Part shown: piece after piece, positions 57,397-64,000 of the stretch
Position numbering within the stretch: position 1 is the first letter of the stretch
Layout of the letters: the number at the start of each line of letters is the position of its first letter
Assembly (NCBI GenBank): GCA_028713675.1
Contig: JAQTNV010000010.1
Coordinates: forward strand, 12,369 to 76,368
Direction of reading: 5' to 3'
DNA: 64,000 bases
DNA from: a bacterium
GTDB taxonomy: Bacteria; Desulfobacterota; JAPLJL01
Translations under genes and position numbers: made by a program
The notes under the pieces: generated by a model
What the model was told of the DNA's origin: nothing
Databases searched by the model: none
Seen by the model: the letters and a program-made list of their open reading frames with translations, nothing else

Positions 57397-58023
57397 TTGA
57401 AAACTGCGAAGAAGCTGACGGCCAAGGGGCAGTCAAGAAAGAAAGAATTCCTCGAAAAAGCGTTGGACCTTTTCGGCGAGAAAGGCTATCACGCTACCAC
57501 CATTGACGATATTGTCAGGGCCGGGGCTACCGGCAAAGGCACTTTCTATTGGTATTGGCAAAGCAAGGACGAGATTTTCCTGGAATTGCTCTCAAATAAG
57601 TTCGAGAGTTACATCTCCGCCTTGGAAAATATTCAGCAAATGAAGCTGCCTACCGCCGACAAGCTCATCATGCTGTTCACCGAAATCGGGAATATGCTCG
57701 TGAAATACCGTAAATTATGCAAACTTATTTATCTGTTGATTTCTACCAATGCCGATGAATTCAACTCCGACGTCCTGAAAGTGACCAATGACTATTATTC
57801 CCGTTTTCGCAAGATTCTTGTTCAGTTTATCCAGGACGGTCAGAAGGAAGGCAGCATATCCCGTGATGTTGATGCGCAGCATCTGGCCACCATTTTAATT
57901 TCGATCGTCGACGGCCTTCTGCTTCAAGAAAAAGTAATGAATACCAATTATTTGCATCCGAAAATGGGGGAATCGTTAATTCGAGTGCTGAGAAGTGGAA
58001 TTATGGTTAAATCCGCGGGGTGA
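57397..58023 (+). CDS. TetR/AcrR-family transcriptional regulator
   Basis: HTH region KKEFLEKALDLFGEKGYHATTIDDIVRAGATGKGTFYWYWQSKDEIF. Probable TTG start at 57397 after an AGGAGA RBS. The ORF track begins at 57328, but that stretch covers the operator palindrome. Confidence 0.7.
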   Translation: MKTAKKLTAKGQSRKKEFLEKALDLFGEKGYHATTIDDIVRAGATGKGTFYWYWQSKDEIFLELLSNKFESYISALENIQQMKLPTADKLIMLFTEIGNMLVKYRKLCKLIYLLISTNADEFNSDVLKVTNDYYSRFRKILVQFIQDGQKEGSISRDVDAQHLATILISIVDGLLLQEKVMNTNYLHPKMGESLIRVLRSGIMVKSAG

Positions 58024-58042
58024 TATTTTTTTCAAGCATAAC

Positions 58043-58059
58043 TAGACCGGCTAGTCTAT
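58043..58059 (+). promoter_or_regulatory. Second TAGAC-N6-GTCTA operator-like palindrome, about 30 bp upstream of the aldehyde dehydrogenase start
   Basis: The sequence tagaccggctagtcta shares half-sites with the site at 57351-57372. Confidence 0.5.
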
Positions 58060-58089
58060 TGTCAGTCCAGAACCGGAAAGGAGAAAAAG

Positions 58090-59640
58090 ATGAGCAATCC
58101 GACTCACAAAGAGAATAAATCGCCGAATGAAGCCCAGTCGAAAATCCGGGTCAATAGTCCTCTGGACGGGTCTTTGGTCGGCGAAGTTCCCGCCTTCAGT
58201 ATCGAAGAAGCCAGGCAGAAGCTCGCCGAAGTCCGCCGGGCCCAGCTCGCGTGGGCCCGGACTTCGTTCCCCCAAAGACGCCGGATCATGCATGAATTTC
58301 TAAAACATCTGGTGCGAAGGTCCGACGAGCTGGCTGAACTCATCTCCCGGGAGACCGGAAAAACCCTTTACGAAGCTAATGTTTTCGAAATCATGCCTCT
58401 GATCCGCCTGACCTCCTACTTCGCCAACCGGGCCGGAAAGATCCTGCGAAAAAGAAGGATTTCGATTTCTATCTTCAAGAACCGTTCCAGCTACCTGCAT
58501 TATCGCCCGCGCGGCGTGGTCCTGATCATCGCGCCCTGGAATTTTCCGTTGAACATCCCGGGGGGCGAGGCAATCATGTCATTAATGGCCGGGAACGGGG
58601 TCCTGCTTAAACCCGCTTCCCTCACGCCCCTCATCGCTTACAAGCTCCGAGAGATATTCGACGAAGCCGGATTGGATAAAAATCTTTTTCAAATTGTTTC
58701 CGGTCCGGGAGTGATCGCCTCGGAGCTGATCGAGAGCGGAGTGGATTACGTTAATTTCACCGGCTCAACCGCGGTCGGCAAAAAAGTCTCCGAGTTATGC
58801 GGCCGCAAGCTGACGCCCTGCTCAATGGAACTGGGAGGAAAGGCGCCGGCGATCATCTGTGAAGACGCCGACCTTGAATATACTTCGAAATCAATCGTCT
58901 GGGGGGCATTCGCCAATTCCGGTCAGATTTGCGCTTCGGTGGAACGGGTTTACGTGCCTGAAAATATTTACGATTCCTTCCTGAAAAAGGCTTTGAGCCA
59001 CGCCCGAACCATCCGGCAGGGAAACCCCTTGAAGGGCGAGATGGACATGGGGGCCATGACCGACCCCCGGCAGCTGGAAATCCTGGAGGGAATGATTACC
59101 GAAGCCAGGGAGAAAGGGGCGAAAATACTTCTCGGCGGCCGCCGGTCGCCCCAGGGCAAGATGTTCTTCGAGCCCACCGTGATCGCCGATGCCGACGAAA
59201 GCATGCGGGTCGGCTGCGAGGAATCCTTCGGACCGCTCCTGACCATAATGAAGGTAAAAAATGAAGAGGAAGCCATCCGACGGGCAAACGACAGCAGTTA
59301 CGGCTTGATCGCTTACGTTTACTCCGCCAATTGCTCCCAGGCTAGGAAGATCGCCGAGCGGCTCGAAGCCGGCACGGTCATGATCAACGAAGTCCTGATG
59401 AGCCACGCCTTCCCGGAAGCGCCCTGGCAAGGGGTAAAGGAAAGCGGGGTCGGCCGGGTCCACTCCGATGACGGCCTCCGAGACCTCACCTACCCCTACC
59501 ATGTCAATTACGAACTTATCCCCCTGAGGGTCCCCGTAGGTTATCCCTATAGCAATAACAAAGCGAAACTGCTGGTAAAAACCATGGCCAGGATCAATCG
59601 GGGTGGTTTGGGGAAAATCGTCGACATTCTGCTGAAATAG
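58090..59640 (+). CDS. NAD(P)-dependent aldehyde dehydrogenase
   Basis: ALDH motifs: catalytic Glu (ELGGKAP) and catalytic Cys region (GQICASVERVYV). 516 aa. Confidence 0.85.
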   Translation: MSNPTHKENKSPNEAQSKIRVNSPLDGSLVGEVPAFSIEEARQKLAEVRRAQLAWARTSFPQRRRIMHEFLKHLVRRSDELAELISRETGKTLYEANVFEIMPLIRLTSYFANRAGKILRKRRISISIFKNRSSYLHYRPRGVVLIIAPWNFPLNIPGGEAIMSLMAGNGVLLKPASLTPLIAYKLREIFDEAGLDKNLFQIVSGPGVIASELIESGVDYVNFTGSTAVGKKVSELCGRKLTPCSMELGGKAPAIICEDADLEYTSKSIVWGAFANSGQICASVERVYVPENIYDSFLKKALSHARTIRQGNPLKGEMDMGAMTDPRQLEILEGMITEAREKGAKILLGGRRSPQGKMFFEPTVIADADESMRVGCEESFGPLLTIMKVKNEEEAIRRANDSSYGLIAYVYSANCSQARKIAERLEAGTVMINEVLMSHAFPEAPWQGVKESGVGRVHSDDGLRDLTYPYHVNYELIPLRVPVGYPYSNNKAKLLVKTMARINRGGLGKIVDILLK

Positions 59641-59654
59641 TTTATTCAGCGATT

Positions 59655-59695
59655 AAAAAGCCTGCCTTCCCCAGATCGGGAAAGACAGGCTTTTT
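59655..59695. terminator. Bidirectional intrinsic terminator between the convergent aldehyde dehydrogenase and hydrogenase large-subunit genes
   Basis: Near-perfect 41-bp palindrome aaaaagcctgccttccccagatcgggaaagacaggcttttt. Confidence 0.7.
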
Positions 59696-59724
59696 ATAAC
59701 GCTTTAATATTCAGTATTCCGGAC

Positions 59725-61284
59725 TTATTCCACGATGAACTTGCGGACCTCGTTGGTCTGCGGATCGATCAGGTGGATCGCGCAGGCCGAGCAGGGGTCG
59801 AAGGAGCGGATGATCCGGACCAGGTTGATCGGGTTCTTCGGGTCCTTCACCGGGGCCCCGATCAGGGCCTCTTCGAACTGTCCCCGCACGCCGCTCTCGT
59901 CCCGGGGCGAGCTGTTCCAGGTGGTCGGGACCACGGCCGAGTAGTTCGCGATCTTCTTGTCCTTGATCGAGATCCAGTGCCCGAGGGCTCCCCGCGGCGC
60001 CTCGTAGAACCCGGCGCCCATCCCGTCGGTGGGTTCCCAGTGGTCGGTGTCGTGGATTCTGAAACCGGGCTTGGCCATCTGGGACTGGAGCTGGTCGATC
60101 CATTTGTAGCAGGCGTCGAGGACCAGTTTGGTCTCGAGCGCCCGGGCCGCGTGCCGGGCCACCACCCCGGGCTTGGCTCCCTTGGCAACCAGGTCGAGAA
60201 GATCGGGGTTTTTGGCCACCAGCAGGCGGGCCATCGGCCCCACTTCCATCGGCTTCCCGTCATACCGGGGGGCCTTGGAGAAGGAATAGGCTTCCTTCTT
60301 GTCCAGGTTGAAAACCTGCCGGCCATCCTTCGGATGGCCGGGCTGGGCGTCCTGGTACCAGCCGTACTTGACCGACTCGGTGATCTTGGCCGGGTCGCAA
60401 GGATCAACCTTAATGCTGGCCGGGTTGAGCCCGAGAATCACTCCGCCGGGGAAGAGCTGGGTCTTGCCTTCCGGATCCATTTCGAAACCGCCGTAGGCCA
60501 GGTAATTCAGATGCCCGGCGCCGAGCCCCGCCTTGGCCAGAGGGAAGAGCGGACCGGTCCCGACCGCCAGCACATCCTTCAGGTAAACGTTTTCGATAAA
60601 ATTCTTCTGTTCGTCCAGCATTGTCCGGAACTTTTTAACCTGTTCCGCATCCGGCTGCTGGGTGAAACCGCCCGCCACGATGCTCTGGTAATGCGGGGTG
60701 CGCCCGCCGAAGATGGCCCCCATGTTCCTGGCCTTGGCGTGCATGATCAGGGCGTCGAGGTAATGCTTGACCAGGGTGGTCACCACCTCGGGGTCCTTCA
60801 CGCAGTATTCGTCCGGCTCGTACCGGGGGGTAAGCGGGAAGGTGTCCTTGGCGTTGACCAGGCCGACAATCTTGTCCTTTACCCCGAGCAGGGCCTTGTC
60901 ACTGCCCTTGTAATTCGCCACCGCCATGATGTCCAGGTAATCCAGGGCGGAGAGCTGGTAGAAATGCAGGGGATGGTCATAAAGGTACTGCGCCCCCATC
61001 ACCAGGTTCCGGAGCAGGATCCCGCCGTAAGGGACCTTGGCCCCGACCGCGGATTCGATCGCTCGGGCCGAACAGATCTGGTGCACCGAGTAGCAGACCC
61101 CGCAGAAGCGGCTGGTCACGTAGGGGGCGTCCCGGGGGTCCTTGTCCTTGAGCAGGGCTTCAATCCCGCGGGCCATCGTGCCGCTGACCCAGGCGTTCTT
61201 GACCTGATCCTTTTCCAGCTCAACCTCGATTTTATAATGTCCCTCCAGCCTGGTTACTGGATCGATTACGATTCTCTTGGTCAT
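59725..61284 (-). CDS. [NiFe]-hydrogenase large subunit
   Basis: N-terminal RLEGH and RFCGVC motifs. C-terminal DPCSACAIH Ni-binding motif, followed by a 15-aa cleavable extension. Cys rather than Sec at that position indicates a NiFe type, not NiFeSe. Confidence 0.9.
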   Translation of the reverse strand: MTKRIVIDPVTRLEGHYKIEVELEKDQVKNAWVSGTMARGIEALLKDKDPRDAPYVTSRFCGVCYSVHQICSARAIESAVGAKVPYGGILLRNLVMGAQYLYDHPLHFYQLSALDYLDIMAVANYKGSDKALLGVKDKIVGLVNAKDTFPLTPRYEPDEYCVKDPEVVTTLVKHYLDALIMHAKARNMGAIFGGRTPHYQSIVAGGFTQQPDAEQVKKFRTMLDEQKNFIENVYLKDVLAVGTGPLFPLAKAGLGAGHLNYLAYGGFEMDPEGKTQLFPGGVILGLNPASIKVDPCDPAKITESVKYGWYQDAQPGHPKDGRQVFNLDKKEAYSFSKAPRYDGKPMEVGPMARLLVAKNPDLLDLVAKGAKPGVVARHAARALETKLVLDACYKWIDQLQSQMAKPGFRIHDTDHWEPTDGMGAGFYEAPRGALGHWISIKDKKIANYSAVVPTTWNSSPRDESGVRGQFEEALIGAPVKDPKNPINLVRIIRSFDPCSACAIHLIDPQTNEVRKFIVE

Positions 61285-61321
61285 TTCCTTTTCTCCTTTC
61301 TAAAGGATTGGAATCCGGCCC

Positions 61322-62317
61322 TTAACCCTTGACCGAGATCAATCCGGCCTGCTTCTTCGCCAAAATCTTTTTCGAGACCTCTCCCTCCGATGTGAAGAGG
61401 GGGGTCATCTGGCCGTAGAAAGTCGGCTCGGCACACCCCTGGCACCCCGCTCCGCAGTCGATGCAGAAGTTGGTCTTGTCATTCCAAAGGCGGACAGGGC
61501 AATCGGAATTGGTATTCGGCCCCTTGCAGCCTTTTTCGAAAAGGCAGTAATCCTTCTGGGCCGGATCGTTCCAGTCCTTTAAAAACTTCGAGTCGTCGAA
61601 ATTTTGTCTCCGCTTGCAGTTTTCGTGGACCACCGGGCCGAAGAAAATCTTGGGCCGGCCGTTGTCGTCGAGTTCGGGGGCCTTGCCGGTAGTCAGGATC
61701 TGGACAATGGTTCCGACCAGGTGCTCGGGATGCACCGGGCAGGTGGAAAGGTTGATCACGGTCTTTTCCGGAAGGAGCTTCTTGACCCCCATCCCCCTGC
61801 TCGGGGAGGCCGCGGGGATCCCGCCGAAGGAGGCGCAGGCCCCCACCGCCAGGATCATGCTGGCCTTGCCCGCCGCCTCTTGTACGATCTTCTTGAAGGG
61901 GCGCCCGCCGATCATGCAGAAACGATCGTCCGCCTCGGGGATCGAGCCTTCCACCACCAGGAGATAACCGCCCTTCTTGAGGGCGTCCTGGTAGGCGCTT
62001 TCCGCGACCTCACCGGACGCCGCCATGATGGTCTCGTGATACCGGATCGAGAGCTTGTCCAGGATCAGGGAAGCCACCGGCGGGTTCAGGGAGCCGGTCA
62101 GCGAGATGGTGCAGCCCGTGCAGTCCTGGCCGTTGAGCCAGACCACCGGGAGTTTCCCGCTTCCGCCTTTTTCCGCGGCCTGCGCGAGGCTCTTGAGAAT
62201 GGCCGACTCGGAAAGGCCGGTCATGGCCCCCAGGATCCCTATATACTTGAGGAAATCCCGGCGCGAGACACCCCTTAACTCGAGATCCTTCTCCATAATT
62301 TTTTCATAATCGTCCAT
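61322..62317 (-). CDS. [NiFe]-hydrogenase small subunit with a Tat signal (periplasmic)
   Basis: Twin-arginine motif SRRDFLKYIG. Fe-S Cys clusters (CTGCT..., CPVHPEH, CIDCGAGCQGCAEP). Confidence 0.9.
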   Translation of the reverse strand: MDDYEKIMEKDLELRGVSRRDFLKYIGILGAMTGLSESAILKSLAQAAEKGGSGKLPVVWLNGQDCTGCTISLTGSLNPPVASLILDKLSIRYHETIMAASGEVAESAYQDALKKGGYLLVVEGSIPEADDRFCMIGGRPFKKIVQEAAGKASMILAVGACASFGGIPAASPSRGMGVKKLLPEKTVINLSTCPVHPEHLVGTIVQILTTGKAPELDDNGRPKIFFGPVVHENCKRRQNFDDSKFLKDWNDPAQKDYCLFEKGCKGPNTNSDCPVRLWNDKTNFCIDCGAGCQGCAEPTFYGQMTPLFTSEGEVSKKILAKKQAGLISVKG

Positions 62318-62463
62318 TTTCCCTCCTCGGTTTGGACAAATATTATTCTCGACAATATAGAGGTATTTTGTTCCGACTCAGTTAGTATTGCTTAACCTTT
62401 CCGAAAAATGATTTTTATAATTAAATAAATTAGGTTTTACCGCCCACGCTGGAGGTAAATTCC

Positions 62464-62490
62464 TGACATATGTCAAGATTGACATATAAG
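62464..62490. promoter_or_regulatory. Perfect 12-bp palindrome TGACATATGTCA plus a direct TGACATAT repeat in the modE-like / hydrogenase small-subunit intergenic region
   Basis: The sequence tgacatatgtcaagattgacatataag lies about 150 bp upstream of the hynA start. It is a candidate operator for the hydrogenase operon. Confidence 0.35.
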
Positions 62491-62596
62491 TTAAAAATAA
62501 CAACCCCCCTGCAACCTGGTTTTTCCGAACAACCAGAATGTATGAATTTAACCGGGCCGGGAGGCGGAACCCGGGAAACCCGCCGCGATCGCCGTC

Positions 62597-63004
62597 TTAT
62601 TCCTTCTTGCGGGACACTCCCTTTTTAACGGAAGGCTTTTCTTCTGAGGCGTACTTGTTTATGTGTGCTTGAAAAATATTTTTTGCTTCTTTCAAAGCGA
62701 CGGCTTCCACGGTATCAAACCATTTCAGGAACCTGTCTCTCATTTCTTTTCCTTCCTGGGTCAGCTGGTATCCTTCGCGCTTTTCTCCCCGGCGCTTGAG
62801 CAGTTTAACCCCCGTGGCTTTTTGGGTGGCTTTGATCTTTCCCCAGGCGGCCCGGTACGACATCCCCAGTTTGTCCGCGGCTTTCCGCAGAGACCCGAGT
62901 TCTTCGATGGCGTTAAGCAATTGGACGCGCCCGATGCCGAAATAAATGCCCTGGTTATCTTCCAGCCAGAGGTGCAGCCGCAAAGTGAGGTTTTTCCGAT
63001 CCAT
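62597..63004 (-). CDS. ModE-like winged-HTH transcriptional regulator (N-terminal-domain-only type)
   Basis: HTH motif GSLRKAADKLGMSYRAAWGKI, typical of the ModE N-terminal domain. 135 aa. Lies upstream of the hydrogenase structural genes. Confidence 0.55.
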   Translation of the reverse strand: MDRKNLTLRLHLWLEDNQGIYFGIGRVQLLNAIEELGSLRKAADKLGMSYRAAWGKIKATQKATGVKLLKRRGEKREGYQLTQEGKEMRDRFLKWFDTVEAVALKEAKNIFQAHINKYASEEKPSVKKGVSRKKE

Positions 63005-63220
63005 CTTTGCTCCTTCTATATTTTTTGCCCGATAATTTTCCGCCGGTTCAAGTAAAGAAGCATCCAGATTATATGTTAGGAATAATATGCAAGCAAAGAA
63101 ACGACCACGATCAACTTTGCTTTAATGACAGGTCGGGAGAAGATTCGCTACCGAAAATTAAAGGGGCGGCCCCAACGAGCCGCCCCTTGTATATATTCGC
63201 GATCGGGTAAAAACCGATTC

Positions 63221-64000
63221 TTATTTATGGCAGGCCAGGCAGACCCCGGCTTTGTTCTGGCTCAGGTTGCTCTCCCATCCTTTGGGATGTGGGCTCACCC
63301 CGCCCGCGACGCCGCCGATCTGATGGCACTGGATGCAGTTGGAACTCATGCCCTGGTCGTGACAGGCCGCGCACTTGAGGATATCCCTCCGGGCGTCCCG
63401 GCCATGATCGTTCTGCCATCCCGCCGGATGAGGATTGGCGGGTGAATTGGAATAACCCCGGGCCACTCCCTCGCGCGCGTGACACGCGTTACAGCTGGAT
63501 AACCCGTGGCATTGCAGGCAGAGGCTCTGGTCCGTCCGGGCATCGATGGAATGCTGGGTCCGATAATCTCCCCGGTGGATGAATTGTCTTTCGAGCGCTT
63601 CGGGGTATTTTACGCTCGGTTTTAAAACCTCCTTCTTCGAATGGCAGTCCGAGCAGAAGGCCTGGTCGTGGCACTGCCCGCAGACCTCCACCCCGACTCC
63701 CTTCAAAGCCGATTCCCGGTGTTCCTTCAGGTAATTGCCCTTATGGGAAAACTTGGTGATCGGTTTGAGCTTCATCTGCTGCAGGTCCGGGTGGCATTTG
63801 GAACACTGGAGGTCGGTGAACATCTGGGCGTGGCAGGCCTGGCACTCTTGATGGCCCGGAAGCGTGAAGCTGTCCCGGGTCTTGCTGATGTCTTTGCGCT
63901 GATGACAGGCCTGGCACTCCGCTTTGGACGCTTCCGTATGCAGTTTGTGGGAGAAATTCATTTCCAGTTTGTCGATTTTCACCTGAAGCGGTTTCTGGGG
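63221..64000 (-). CDS. Multiheme cytochrome c (10 or more CxxCH motifs); 5' end runs off the window
   Basis: Ten CxxCH motifs in 253 aa. No stop codon between 63982 and the window edge and no signal peptide is seen, so the N-terminus lies outside the window. Confidence 0.8.
   Translation of the reverse strand, partial: PQKPLQVKIDKLEMNFSHKLHTEASKAECQACHQRKDISKTRDSFTLPGHQECQACHAQMFTDLQCSKCHPDLQQMKLKPITKFSHKGNYLKEHRESALKGVGVEVCGQCHDQAFCSDCHSKKEVLKPSVKYPEALERQFIHRGDYRTQHSIDARTDQSLCLQCHGLSSCNACHAREGVARGYSNSPANPHPAGWQNDHGRDARRDILKCAACHDQGMSSNCIQCHQIGGVAGGVSPHPKGWESNLSQNKAGVCLACHK

Noticed and set aside
59725-61284. Selenocysteine-containing [NiFeSe] hydrogenase
   Set aside because: The C-terminal Ni-ligand motif is DPCSACAIH with Cys at both positions and no in-frame TGA.

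Overview
This 64 kb window is a GC-rich bacterial chromosomal segment, about 60-65% GC apart from a few AT-rich islets. Its gene content points to an anaerobic Gram-negative organism with a Deltaproteobacteria/Desulfobacterota-like lifestyle; that placement is inference from gene content only. About 54 protein-coding genes are supportable. No rRNA, tRNA or CRISPR array was recognised.

Genes in order:
- A beta-oxidation-like module: an SCP-x-type thiolase plus two acyl-CoA dehydrogenases.
- A large lipoprotein and a geranylgeranyl-reductase-family flavoprotein.
- An orphan ParA ATPase facing a tiny EF-Tu-domain-2-like protein.
- A GH31 glycosidase lipoprotein and a secreted protein with duplicated TPR-like domains.
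- mutS2.
- An LPS/KDO cluster (kdsB, kdsA, kdsD, an LptC-like gene) followed by an unusual 960-aa protein that combines an HExxH peptidase domain, a PD40 propeller and a C-terminal beta-barrel.
- A class V aminotransferase, B12-dependent ribonucleotide reductase (nrdJ) and gcvH.
- A complete tolQ-tolR-tolA-tolB-pal-cpoB cluster.
- An AT-rich islet carrying a secreted protein.
- gatB, MTA phosphorylase and ndk.
- A roughly 12 kb minus-strand TCA supercluster: mdh, fumA/fumB, sdhCDAB, sucCD and a four-subunit 2-oxoacid:ferredoxin oxidoreductase.
- A porin-like outer-membrane protein.
- A periplasmic [NiFe]-hydrogenase locus: Tat small subunit, large subunit, maturation protease, hypF and hypCDE, with a ModE-like regulator and a multiheme cytochrome c upstream.

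Two things interrupt the hydrogenase locus. One is a lower-GC tetR-aldehyde dehydrogenase module with paired TAGAC-N6-GTCTA operators. The other is a REP-associated tyrosine transposase (RAYT) flanked by GTAG-type REP palindromes, a REPtron arrangement, sitting between hypF and hypC.

The most striking property of the window is an extraordinary density of structured intergenic repeats, falling into at least nine families:
- The RAYT-cognate REPs show compensatory stem substitutions, and a 57-nt long-loop variant occurs three times.
- A 27-nt GAAA-loop hairpin generates the spurious peptide WIPAFAGMT in several shadow ORFs.
- G-rich CCCTCC/GGGAGG hairpin clusters.
- Several unrelated heptanucleotide tandem arrays.
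- Two families sit in sense orientation immediately 3' of stop codons (GTTTCGA units and ACCGGTT units), which suggests RNA-level function.

Many six-frame ORFs on the opposite strand of real genes are GC-driven shadows and were not called.
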